A DNA stretch of 64,000 nt from an uncultured Eubacteriales bacterium. GTDB taxonomy: Bacteria; Bacillota; Clostridia; Oscillospirales; Acutalibacteraceae. Made by a program: the position numbers and the translations under genes. The notes under the pieces are model-generated. The model was not told where the DNA came from, made no database searches, and worked only from the letters and a program-made list of their open reading frames with translations. The stretch lies in NCBI GenBank assembly GCA_964602735.1, contig CAZRRV010000001.1:38900-102899 (forward strand). Direction: 5' to 3'. Shown in pieces: positions 39,330-48,420 of this stretch. How positions within the stretch are numbered: position 1 is the stretch's first letter; each line of letters starts with the position of its first letter.

Positions 39330-39602
39330 ATGAATTTTGATGACGCATGCTGCAAGATAAAAAGCACGGTAAATCTGGCGGGAGAAAAAACCGAAAAACT
39401 GTTCGATCGGGGAAAAGTAAAGCTTGACTTGTCAATAGCGAAAAACGAACTGAATAAACTTTACGCCGATCTGGGCAGGGCGGTTTACGGGAACGGTAAT
39501 CCGAATGCCGAAATCCCCGGCATCTCCGAACGATGTGCTAAAATAAGCGCAAAGCTTGATGAAATCGCGCGCTTAAAAGAAAAAATTGAAAATTTAAGGT
39601 AA
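39330..39602 (+). CDS. Small hypothetical protein, predicted helical/coiled-coil
   Basis: 90-aa ORF with RBS AGGAGGA 7 nt upstream. No family recognised. Confidence 0.5.
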   Translation: MNFDDACCKIKSTVNLAGEKTEKLFDRGKVKLDLSIAKNELNKLYADLGRAVYGNGNPNAEIPGISERCAKISAKLDEIARLKEKIENLR

Positions 39603-39611
39603 GGCAAAAAT

Positions 39612-40316
39612 ATGGCGTGCACATTTACGGCGGGATTTATTATTGCCGATACATCCGAGTATGAGCCGGTTCGTGAATGGTGTTTGGCGCACGGCGGCAG
39701 GAAAATCGCTGTCTTAAACCGTGACGCCGTGTCGGTCACGCTGAACGGCAGGTTGCGTACCGTGGATATTATAGCCGTATGTTGCGGCATAGGCAAAGTG
39801 AACGCCGCAACATTGGCGGCTTTTACGGCGTCTGAATTTTCCGTTGATTTGATTGTGAATGCGGGGCTGTCGGGCGGGCTGCTGAATTCTCCGGTCGGGC
39901 AGACGGTAATCGGCGATAAATTTATTGAATATGACTTTGATTTAACGCCGCTGGGATATGAACCGGCCGAAAAACCGGGGCAAAAATATATTTATACTGC
40001 CGACGGGTCATATGTTAGCGATTTGAAACGGTACTTCGCGTGCGAATCGATTACCTGCGTTACCGGAGATCGTTTTGTGAATGACCCCCATACCGCCGAC
40101 AATTTGGTTGCGAGATTCGGCGCGGGGTGCTGCGATATGGAAACCGCGGCAATCGCGTCGGTGTGCAATGATTTCGATATTCCGTTCGCCTGCATCCGCC
40201 GCATATCCGACAGCGGCGATGAAAAACAATATTCCTCCGCCGCGGCGGGCAAACAGACCTGGATGGTAAAAATTCTTGATTGGATTCGTTCGCTCACCGA
40301 TCGCGTTATCCGATAA
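39612..40316 (+). CDS. mtnN: 5'-methylthioadenosine/S-adenosylhomocysteine nucleosidase (PNP_UDP_1 fold)
   Basis: Contains GIGKVNAA, VNAGLSGGL, TGDRFV and CCDMETAAIASVC. Confidence 0.7.
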   Translation: MACTFTAGFIIADTSEYEPVREWCLAHGGRKIAVLNRDAVSVTLNGRLRTVDIIAVCCGIGKVNAATLAAFTASEFSVDLIVNAGLSGGLLNSPVGQTVIGDKFIEYDFDLTPLGYEPAEKPGQKYIYTADGSYVSDLKRYFACESITCVTGDRFVNDPHTADNLVARFGAGCCDMETAAIASVCNDFDIPFACIRRISDSGDEKQYSSAAAGKQTWMVKILDWIRSLTDRVIR

Positions 40317-40330
40317 AAAAGGTGAAAACA

Positions 40331-42028
40331 TTGGCTAAAAAAAGATTACAGCATTCATTTTTACAGGGCGCGGCAATACTTGTCCTTTCAACGGTTCTTG
40401 TGAAAATTCTCGGGGCGGTTTTCCGCATTCCGCTTGCCAATCTGATAGGCGAAACCGGTATGGGATATTATTCCACCGCGTATGATCTTTATTTGCCGAT
40501 TTACAGCCTTTCAATCGCAGGTCTGCCGATTGCTATATCGAGAATAGTGGCCGAATTTGCCGCGGCGGGGCGGTATAAAGATGTAAGAAAAACCTTGAAA
40601 GTCGCTCAAAGAGCTTTTCTGATAACCGGACTTTCGGGATTTTTGCTTATGTTGCTTTTGTCGTATCCTTTCGCGTTGTATACCGGCGATACTAAAGATA
40701 TTTACGGCATTATCGCCATAGCGCCGTCTCTGTTGTTCTGTTGCGCTTATTCGGCGTATATGGGATATTACGAAGGATTGCGGAATATGTATCCCACCGC
40801 GATTTCAACGCTGATCGAGGCGGTAACAAGGCTCATCTTCGGATACGGGTTCGCGATAATAACAATTAAAATCTGCGGAACTCTTAATTCGAGAACGGCG
40901 GCTTACGCGGCGGCTGCCGCGCTGTTCGGAGTATCGCTCAGCTGTTTTTCCGGATTTTTATATCTGCAAATCAGGCACAAAGCCGTTGGAGACCGTATAA
41001 CCGCGGAAGAACTTGCCATGTCGCAGGAGCCGGAATCCGATAAAGTTTTACTTAAAAAACTGATAATAATCGCGGTGCCGGTTGTTTTGGGATCGCTTGT
41101 TACACAGGTGTCCAATCTGGTTGATGTGATGATGGTGAGAATGCAACTGCGCGGTGTTGTAAACAGGCATACGGATTATATATATTCCGTGTACAGAGAT
41201 ATAATAGCGGCGAGGGATCTGTCGAAAAACGAGATTGCAACCGCGCTTTACGGGTGCTATAAAGGGCTGGCGTATTCCGTTTATAATCTGGTTCCTTCGA
41301 TTACATCGGTTATGGGAGTGAGCGCCATTCCCGTTTTGGCGACCGCCTGGACAAAAAAAGACGGTGCCGCCGTCAAAACCAATGTTGAAACCATAGTAAG
41401 AACTACGGCTTTAATCGCCATGCCGGCCGGAATAGGTATACTTTGCCTTTCCGGCGGGATTTTGCGTCTGCTTTATCCTCAAAATCCTACCGGTGTAGTG
41501 ATTGCCGAACCCATGCTTCGAATTTTGGGGGTTACGGCGATATTTGCCGGAATTGCCGGCCCCTTAACAAATATTTTGCAGGGAATCGGGAAACAAACCG
41601 TCCCTGTGAAAAACATGGCGGTAGGCGTGGTATTGAAAATAATAGTTAATTTTATAATGGTCGGTATTCCTCAAATAAATATTACAGGCGCAGCAGTGGG
41701 TACCATAGTATGCTACGCTTATATTTGTATTGCCAATTATATCTGCGTCATTAAATACACTAAGGTAAAAGTCAACACTTACTCATCGATTGTCAAACCG
41801 CTGATTTGCGCCGTTTGCTGCGGCGCAGGCGCGCTATTATCTTTTACGCTGTTAAGCAGAGGCGGGCTGTCTTCTAATCTTTCAACTCTTATTTCGATTG
41901 TCATTGCGGCAATAATATATTTAATTTCCATAATTTTTACTCATACTATTGTTAAAAATGATATAATTTCTTTGCCACATGGAGAAAAAATCGCGAAAGT
42001 ACTTGAAAAATATCGCATAATACGCTAA
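40331..42028 (+). CDS. MOP-superfamily polysaccharide/lipid-II flippase (MurJ/SpoVB-like)
   Basis: ~565 aa with about 14 TM helices. Begins (L)AKKRLQHSFLQGAAILVLSTVLVKILGAVFRIPLANLIG. Probably starts at the TTG at 40331 or the GTG at 40322; the track start at 40280 overlaps mtnN. Confidence 0.8.
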   Translation: MAKKRLQHSFLQGAAILVLSTVLVKILGAVFRIPLANLIGETGMGYYSTAYDLYLPIYSLSIAGLPIAISRIVAEFAAAGRYKDVRKTLKVAQRAFLITGLSGFLLMLLLSYPFALYTGDTKDIYGIIAIAPSLLFCCAYSAYMGYYEGLRNMYPTAISTLIEAVTRLIFGYGFAIITIKICGTLNSRTAAYAAAAALFGVSLSCFSGFLYLQIRHKAVGDRITAEELAMSQEPESDKVLLKKLIIIAVPVVLGSLVTQVSNLVDVMMVRMQLRGVVNRHTDYIYSVYRDIIAARDLSKNEIATALYGCYKGLAYSVYNLVPSITSVMGVSAIPVLATAWTKKDGAAVKTNVETIVRTTALIAMPAGIGILCLSGGILRLLYPQNPTGVVIAEPMLRILGVTAIFAGIAGPLTNILQGIGKQTVPVKNMAVGVVLKIIVNFIMVGIPQINITGAAVGTIVCYAYICIANYICVIKYTKVKVNTYSSIVKPLICAVCCGAGALLSFTLLSRGGLSSNLSTLISIVIAAIIYLISIIFTHTIVKNDIISLPHGEKIAKVLEKYRIIR

Positions 42029-42112
42029 AATAGAATTGTTTTGAAAATGGTTCGGGTTTTTGAGAGAGAAATCAATCGTTTGCCCGTTCTAAATAAATAT
42101 GGAGGTTGGAAC

Positions 42113-42385
42113 ATGAACAAATCGGAATTGGTAGTTGCCGTAGCCGAAAAAACCGGCCTTGGCAAGAAAGACGCGGAGAAAGCAGTAGCCGCCGTACTCG
42201 ATACGGTCACCGAAACTCTAAAAGCCGGCGAGAAGGTTCAACTGCTCGGGTTCGGAACATTTGAGATTCGTGCCCGCGAGGCAAGAACGGGGCGTAACCC
42301 TCAAACAAACCAGCCTGTGGTTATCCCGGCGTCGAAAGCGCCGGTGTTCAAAGCCGGCAAAGCGTTAAAAGACGCGGTTAAATAA
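42113..42385 (+). CDS. hup: HU-family DNA-binding protein
   Basis: [65 protein letters not shown]. The ATG at 42113 follows RBS GGAGG. Confidence 0.93.
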   Translation: MNKSELVVAVAEKTGLGKKDAEKAVAAVLDTVTETLKAGEKVQLLGFGTFEIRAREARTGRNPQTNQPVVIPASKAPVFKAGKALKDAVK

Positions 42386-42392
42386 TCGGCAC

Positions 42393-42422
42393 GGGCGCCC
42401 GACCGGGGCGCCCTCGCTTTTT
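42393..42422 (+). terminator. Intrinsic terminator after hup
   Basis: GGGCGCCC (42393-42400) pairs with GGGCGCCC (42406-42413) and is followed by TCGCTTTTT. Confidence 0.8.
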
Positions 42423-42434
42423 GAGGTAACATAA

Positions 42435-42680
42435 ATGCGGATTGATAAATTCCTGAAGGTATCGCGCATTATAAAACGCAGAACAGTTGCCAACGAAGTC
42501 TGCGACAACGGTCGCGTTACCGTAAACGGGAAAGTGGTGCGCGCATCTTACAGCGTAAAAGAAAACGATCATGTTAAAATCCAGTTCGGGAACCGTACGG
42601 TAAGCTTTTTGATAAAATCGGTGAAAGACACGACCGGGAAAGATAACGCATCCGAATTATATGAAATAATCGACGAGTAG
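42435..42680 (+). CDS. S4-domain RNA-binding protein (YabO/Hsp15-like)
   Basis: 81 aa. Begins MRIDKFLKVSRIIKRRTVANEVCDNGRVTVNGKVVRAS. Confidence 0.85.
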   Translation: MRIDKFLKVSRIIKRRTVANEVCDNGRVTVNGKVVRASYSVKENDHVKIQFGNRTVSFLIKSVKDTTGKDNASELYEIIDE

Positions 42681-42808
42681 CCGCCCGCCCGACGGCAATT
42701 GACAATATTCGCGGCGGAGAGTCTGCCGTTTTTATTTATGCGAAAAAATCCGGGATTGTACCCGCGCGGTAATTATTATGGATTTATTTTTATAAAAGCA
42801 AAAAACTG

Positions 42809-42837
42809 TTGACGGAATGTTCTGCTCGCGGTAAAAT
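42809..42837 (+). promoter_or_regulatory. Promoter of the LCP-murI-argS-metFH block
   Basis: TTGACG (42809-42814), a 17-nt spacer, then TAAAAT (42832-42837). Confidence 0.5.
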
Positions 42838-42910
42838 AAAACAGATATGTGACCTCAATTCGGCCGGAACATAAAATCACATTATTATTAAAGAAGGTAA
42901 TTAAACGGTT

Positions 42911-43993
42911 ATGCGGCAAGGCTATGAAGAAAACACGCGCGGGAGAAACGGCTACGGCAAAAAAGGCAGTTATATATTATCGGGGCGGGTAAAAAAGCGC
43001 CGTCGCCGTCGAATTATCGTCAATACGGTTTTGGGCGTTGTTTTGGCACTGTCGCTTATAACCGTAACCGCCATGGGAGCAGTTTGGCATACCGCCGGCG
43101 GATTGCGCAAATCCGATCTTTCTGACGCGTCGGATCTCGGAATATATATTGATCCGAATCTGCACTTAAACGATGATATAAGAAATATCGCTCTTTTCGG
43201 GGTCGACAGCCGCGATTCCGATTCCACCGTGGGGCATTCCGACGTAACGATGATAGTATCCATAAACGCTAAAGAAAACACCGTAAGAACTGTTTCGATT
43301 TTGCGCGACAGTTATGTCCCTATAGCCGGTCACGGCAGCAACAGAATAAATTTTGCGTATTTTACGGGCGGCCCGGTGCTTGCGATAAACACATTAAATA
43401 AACTTTTCCGGCTTAACATTACCGATTATGTCACGGTCAATTTTTCCATGGTAACCGACATTATCGATCTTCTGGGCGGTGTGGATATTGAAATCACCGA
43501 GGACGAGCGGCAGCAGATAAACTGGCTGATCGATACCGAGGATTTCAAAAGTTCGTATAAATCGGAATATGTGAAAAAATCCGGGCTTGTTCACCTGAAC
43601 GGCAAACAGGCTATGCATTATTCCCGGATAAGATATATCGACAGCGATGCCTTCCGCGTTCAACGGCAGACGAAAGTAATGAGTCTTCTGCTTGAAAAAG
43701 TTAAGAATTTATCTATTACAAAATACCCGGAGCTTTTGAGAAAAATTTTGAAAAATGTCGAAACCTCGCTCGGGTATTCCGATCTTCTTTCTTACGCGCC
43801 GATGGTTCTGAAACTCGGCGGTATCCGTTCGACAAGCGTGCCCGACGCAACCCTCGACAAAAATGTCAGAGGAGGCAATTATAACGGTATGTGGGTATAC
43901 AGATACGATTTAGACGCCGCCGCGGATCGGATACATGAATTTTTGTACGGTGACGATTATGCTTATGAATCCGGCAGTTTGAACGGAAATTGA
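42911..43993 (+). CDS. LytR-CpsA-Psr (LCP) family cell-wall polymer transferase
   Basis: N-terminal TM anchor, then IALFGVDSRD...HSDVTMIVSINAKENTVRTVSILRDSYV and NGKQAMHYSRIR. Confidence 0.88.
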   Translation: MRQGYEENTRGRNGYGKKGSYILSGRVKKRRRRRIIVNTVLGVVLALSLITVTAMGAVWHTAGGLRKSDLSDASDLGIYIDPNLHLNDDIRNIALFGVDSRDSDSTVGHSDVTMIVSINAKENTVRTVSILRDSYVPIAGHGSNRINFAYFTGGPVLAINTLNKLFRLNITDYVTVNFSMVTDIIDLLGGVDIEITEDERQQINWLIDTEDFKSSYKSEYVKKSGLVHLNGKQAMHYSRIRYIDSDAFRVQRQTKVMSLLLEKVKNLSITKYPELLRKILKNVETSLGYSDLLSYAPMVLKLGGIRSTSVPDATLDKNVRGGNYNGMWVYRYDLDAAADRIHEFLYGDDYAYESGSLNGN

Positions 43994-44008
43994 GAGGGGA
44001 ATATTCGC

Positions 44009-44812
44009 TTGGCTGATTTACGGCCTGTAGGTGTATTCGATTCCGGCCTGGGAGGTCTTACGGTAGTTCGGCATATTCGACGGCTGTTGCCGAACGAGGA
44101 TATAATTTATTTCGGAGACACGGCTCGCGTCCCGTACGGAACCCGAAGCGCGGGAGTTATCGAAAAGTACGCGACGGAAGACGAAGAATTTTTACTGAAA
44201 AAAGGAGTTAAAACCGTAGTTGCCGCCTGCGGAACCGTTAGTTCTGTCGCAGCGAATACCGGCTTGCGGTTACCCGTGCCGTTTTTAGATGTTGTCCGTC
44301 CCGCCGCGCAGGCTGCGGTGGAAGCGACAAAAAATGGCAGGATAGGCGTTATCGGAACGACGGCGACCGTTCAAAGCGGCGCTTTTGAAATGCGGATAAA
44401 ATCCATTGCGCCGAAAGCGGATGTTTTTTGCCGTGCCTGTTCTCTTTTCGTGCCTATCGTAGAAGCGGGGTGGGTCGGCGAAAACGATGCCGTAGCGATT
44501 GCGGCGGCGCAACGCTATCTGACGCCGCTGCGGGAATTAAATGTTGATACACTTATTATGGGTTGTACGCATTTTCCCGTTATAAAACATATTATACGCG
44601 ATATTATGGGGGAGAGTACCGTCCTTATCGATCCCGGAGAGTGGGTTGCGAAAGCTTTGCAACGGCAACTGGCGGGAAACAATTCCGAAAGTACCGGCGA
44701 AAGCTCGCTGAAAATATATATTACCGACAGAACTCCTTCTTTCCCGGCCGTTGCCAAATTGCTGTTGGGATGCGAAGCTGAAATTTTAACCGAAACGGCA
44801 GGGACCGACTGA
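44009..44812 (+). CDS. murI: Glutamate racemase
   Basis: Contains VGVFDSGLGGLTV, YFGDTARVPYG, VAACGTVS and GCTHFP. TTG start. Confidence 0.92.
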   Translation: MADLRPVGVFDSGLGGLTVVRHIRRLLPNEDIIYFGDTARVPYGTRSAGVIEKYATEDEEFLLKKGVKTVVAACGTVSSVAANTGLRLPVPFLDVVRPAAQAAVEATKNGRIGVIGTTATVQSGAFEMRIKSIAPKADVFCRACSLFVPIVEAGWVGENDAVAIAAAQRYLTPLRELNVDTLIMGCTHFPVIKHIIRDIMGESTVLIDPGEWVAKALQRQLAGNNSESTGESSLKIYITDRTPSFPAVAKLLLGCEAEILTETAGTD

Positions 44813-44815
44813 AAT

Positions 44816-45259
44816 ATGAATAAAAACCATATGCACGAAGCTTTAATAAAAATAAAGGGAATACAGCGCAACCGCGACGGGCAGGACTGTGTGGAATGCG
44901 AAACAGTCGGCAGTTACGGATGTGAGAAAGACCGTGTCTGTATCGTTTACGACGACGGCGCGGCGCTCGGCGTGCCGGGAGTTACCACAACTGTTTTTAT
45001 CGACGGAGGCAGTAAGGTCGATGTTGTGCGTTCAGGCAATTTAGACGGTCGCTTAACTGTCGAAAAAGGCAGACGAAATCTTTGCTTTTATCAAATGCCT
45101 ATGGGACTGGCGGCAACTTTGGGCGTATTCGGGAAGAAAATCGATAACGGTTTATCAAGCGACGGCGGGCGGTTATACATGAGTTATACCATCGATTTGA
45201 ATAACAGCCTTGTAAGCGCCAATGAGCTTGAAATTTCAGTGAGAGAAGTGAAACAGTGA
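44816..45259 (+). CDS. DUF1934 (YwiB-like) beta-barrel protein
   Basis: 147 aa in the typical position directly upstream of argS in Firmicutes, overlapping its start by 4 nt. Confidence 0.65.
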   Translation: MNKNHMHEALIKIKGIQRNRDGQDCVECETVGSYGCEKDRVCIVYDDGAALGVPGVTTTVFIDGGSKVDVVRSGNLDGRLTVEKGRRNLCFYQMPMGLAATLGVFGKKIDNGLSSDGGRLYMSYTIDLNNSLVSANELEISVREVKQ

Positions 45260-46941
45260 CAGGCATTACCGAAGAAACAACGGCCGGATTGCGCCTTGCG
45301 GTTACAGCAGCTGCCGATAAAGCGATATGTGCCGGAGAGCTTGTGCCAAACGGCGATTTGCCCGATTTTTCGATAGAAATCCCCGCGGATCGCGAACACG
45401 GCGATTATGCCTGCAATGCCGCGATGGCTTGGGCGAAATGTTTTCGGACGGCGCCGCAAAGAATTGCCGAATCACTGGTTCGCAATATTGATCTATCGAA
45501 TACGATGTGTGAAAAGGTTGAAATAGCGGGTCCCGGATTCATGAATTTTTTTCTTTCCGCGGCATGGTATCGTGAGGCGCTTTCGCGTGTCTTGAACGAA
45601 GGCGAAAATTACGGAACGCTTGATGTCGGTCGGGGGAAAAAAGTAATGGTCGAGTTTGTATCGGCTAATCCCACCGGCCCTATGCACATCGGCAACGCGA
45701 GGGGAGGGGCTCTGGGAGATTGCCTGGCCTCGGTACTCGAACGGGCGGGCTATGACGTAACAAGGGAATTTTACATAAACGACGCCGGCAATCAAATTCA
45801 AAAATTCGGAGCCTCGCTTGAAGCAAGATATATGCAGTTGTTTGACGGTAATTTCCCTTTCCCCGACGACGGCTATCTGGGCGATGATATCACCGAACGC
45901 GCCAGGCAGTTCGCGGATATTTACGGCGACAAATATGTCGGCGCCGCATCGGATGAGAGGAGAAAAGCCCTTACCGATTTTGCTCTCCCGCTTAACATAG
46001 AAAGCCTTAAAAACGATTTGCTTGAATACAGAATAACATACGATGTATGGTTCCCGGAATCCTCGCTGTATGAAAGCGGAGAACTTAAACGCACAATCGA
46101 AAGAATGAAAAGCGCCGATCTTACATACGAAAAAGAAGGCGCTTTGTGGTATCGCGCGACCGAACACGGCGGCGAAAAAGACGAAGTGTTAATTCGGGCA
46201 AACGGATTGCCGACTTATTTTGCATCGGACATCGCCTACCATTTGAATAAGTTTGAAGTTCGCGGTTTCGATAAAGTTATCGATGTCTGGGGAGCGGATC
46301 ACCACGGTCATGTGGCGAGGCTTAAAGGCGCGCTGGCGGCGTTGGGTATTGACCCGTCCCGGCTCGATGTTGTTTTAATGCAACTTGTAAGGCTGATACG
46401 TAACGGCGAAACGGTGCGGGTATCAAAGCGCACGGGCAAAACGGTATCGCTGAAAACGTTGCTCGACGAAGCTCCTCTTGACGCTGCAAGGTTTATATTC
46501 AATTCAAAAGAGCCCAACACGCATCTGGATTTTGATTTGGATTTGGCAGTTGAACAGTCGAACGACAACCCCGTCTATTATGTGCAGTACGCGTATGCGC
46601 GTATTTGCAGTATTCTGCGTCTGGCGGGGGCGGATGAAAATTTTATTCCATGCTCCGAAAACTATAATCTTCTGCAGGCGCCCGAGGAAAAAGAACTTAT
46701 ACGGTTTCTCGCGCTTCTCCCCGAAACGGTAAAAACGGTTGCCGAAAAGCTCGATTCCGCCGGTATGACCCGTTATGTTACCGAACTCGCGGGGCTCTTC
46801 CATAAATTTTATAATGCCTGCCGCGTCAGATGCGACGATAAGAAACTCTCGTCGGCGAGACTTGATTTATGCCGCGGCACCGCAACGGTTATTAAAGTTG
46901 TGCTGTCTATGTTAAAAATCACAGCTCCGGAGACTATGTAG
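45256..46941 (+). CDS. argS: Arginine--tRNA ligase
   Basis: Contains SANPTGPMHIGNARG (HIGH motif) and a DALR anticodon-binding C-terminus. GTG start. Confidence 0.93.
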   Translation: MTGITEETTAGLRLAVTAAADKAICAGELVPNGDLPDFSIEIPADREHGDYACNAAMAWAKCFRTAPQRIAESLVRNIDLSNTMCEKVEIAGPGFMNFFLSAAWYREALSRVLNEGENYGTLDVGRGKKVMVEFVSANPTGPMHIGNARGGALGDCLASVLERAGYDVTREFYINDAGNQIQKFGASLEARYMQLFDGNFPFPDDGYLGDDITERARQFADIYGDKYVGAASDERRKALTDFALPLNIESLKNDLLEYRITYDVWFPESSLYESGELKRTIERMKSADLTYEKEGALWYRATEHGGEKDEVLIRANGLPTYFASDIAYHLNKFEVRGFDKVIDVWGADHHGHVARLKGALAALGIDPSRLDVVLMQLVRLIRNGETVRVSKRTGKTVSLKTLLDEAPLDAARFIFNSKEPNTHLDFDLDLAVEQSNDNPVYYVQYAYARICSILRLAGADENFIPCSENYNLLQAPEEKELIRFLALLPETVKTVAEKLDSAGMTRYVTELAGLFHKFYNACRVRCDDKKLSSARLDLCRGTATVIKVVLSMLKITAPETM

Positions 46942-46942
46942 C

Positions 46943-47824
46943 ATGAAATTGTCGAAGCTTTTTTTATCCGAGCATCCTACGCTTTCATTTGAGGTGTTCC
47001 CTCCCAAAAGCGGATCCGCATTTGGGAGCGTAGAAGCGGCGGTAAAGAAAATTGCCGCCTTGCGCCCCGATTTTATGAGCGTTACATACGGCGCCGGAGG
47101 GTCAACCGGCAATTACACCGTAAAAATTGCGGAGGATATTATAAAAAATTACGGTGTGACCGCTTTGGCACATCTTACCTGCGTTACGGCAAGTCGCAGG
47201 AACATAAATGAACGGCTTAACTCATTCAAGGCGGCGGGAATACAAAACATAATGGCTTTAAGAGGCGATTTGCCCGAAGGTTTTACTTTCGCAGATGACG
47301 GATGTTACAGGCATGCTTGTGAACTTGTAGAGGAAATAAAGAGGCACGGTGATTTTTGCGTAGGCGGCGCGTGCTACCCGGAAGGGCATCCCGAATCGCC
47401 GGATTCCGACAGCGACATAAAAATGTTAAAGCTAAAGGTTGATGCTGGATGTGATTTTTTAACGAGCCAGATGTTTTTCGATAATCAGATTCTATACAGG
47501 TTTTTATATAAAACGCGCGAAGCCGGGATTTTCGTGCCGATTATCGCCGGAATAATGCCGGTAACAAACGCGGCGCAAATAAAACGTATAACCGCTCTTT
47601 CCGGCACTTTGCTGCCGCAGCGCTTTATCTCGATAGTCGACAGATTCGGCCGCAATCCGGCGGCAATGAAACAGGCGGGAATTGCGTACGCTACCGAACA
47701 GATAATAGATTTGCTTGCCAACGGTATTAAACATATTCATATTTACACCATGAATCATCCCGATGTGGCAAAAAAGATATGCGAAAACCTTTCCGCCGTA
47801 ATGCCGGCGGCAAACGCACGGTGA
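46943..47824 (+). CDS. metF: Methylenetetrahydrofolate reductase
   Basis: Contains SFEVFPPKS, VTYGAGGST, HLTC and MALRGD. It begins 1 nt after the argS stop. Confidence 0.9.
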   Translation: MKLSKLFLSEHPTLSFEVFPPKSGSAFGSVEAAVKKIAALRPDFMSVTYGAGGSTGNYTVKIAEDIIKNYGVTALAHLTCVTASRRNINERLNSFKAAGIQNIMALRGDLPEGFTFADDGCYRHACELVEEIKRHGDFCVGGACYPEGHPESPDSDSDIKMLKLKVDAGCDFLTSQMFFDNQILYRFLYKTREAGIFVPIIAGIMPVTNAAQIKRITALSGTLLPQRFISIVDRFGRNPAAMKQAGIAYATEQIIDLLANGIKHIHIYTMNHPDVAKKICENLSAVMPAANAR

Positions 47825-48420
47825 CGGTTTACTGTTCCGCCGAACCCGGAGATGTGCCGTTTTTCCCCGATGAGGCGGTACGCTATGCGGGCGGCAAAAA
47901 AAGCGATATACCGCTTAAAAAAATGATAGAGGAATGCCAGGCGGAATTGTGGCCTCAACTCTGCTTTCGAGCTGCCGTAGCCGATTATAACGTCAATAAA
48001 CTCGAAAACGGATATATCGATTTGGAATTTGCGAAGGTTAAATCGGATGATTTATCCCGGCGGTTGGAAGGCAGCGAACGTGTTATACTTTTTGCCGCTA
48101 CCGCCGGTTTGGCGGTCGATACATTTGTGCGGCGGCTCGCGGTAACCTCACCGGCGAAGGCATTGTGCGCTGATGCCGTCGGTTCCGCAGCGATCGAGGC
48201 TTATTGTGATATGCTTGAGAGCCGCCTTACGGTCGGTAAGATCGCGGCAAAGTCGAGATTCAGCCCGGGGTACGGCGATTTGTCACTTGCGTTGCATCAA
48301 AATATCGACAGTGCACTGCAACTGCGGCGAATCGGCATTTCTGTTACGAAAGCTGGTTTACTCGTCCCTTCAAAGTCGGTTACCGCTATTATAGGTTATC
48401 GTGACGTTAATTCTGATTGA
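47821..48420 (+). CDS. Stand-alone methionine synthase reactivation (AdoMet-binding, Met_synt_B12-like) domain protein
   Basis: ~200 aa. Contains ...RFSPGYGDLSL... and a C-terminal KSVTAIIG. The GTG at 47821 overlaps the metF stop (GTGA). Confidence 0.65.
   Translation: MTVYCSAEPGDVPFFPDEAVRYAGGKKSDIPLKKMIEECQAELWPQLCFRAAVADYNVNKLENGYIDLEFAKVKSDDLSRRLEGSERVILFAATAGLAVDTFVRRLAVTSPAKALCADAVGSAAIEAYCDMLESRLTVGKIAAKSRFSPGYGDLSLALHQNIDSALQLRRIGISVTKAGLLVPSKSVTAIIGYRDVNSD

Noticed and set aside
37860-39602. Radical-SAM enzyme followed by a small ORF, considered as a possible RiPP (precursor plus maturase) pair.
   Set aside because: The radical-SAM protein has the conserved HemZ/HemN-like architecture and sits in the conserved relA-adjacent position. 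The 90-aa ORF is helical and charged, with only 3 Cys, no leader/core organisation, and no protease or transporter nearby.
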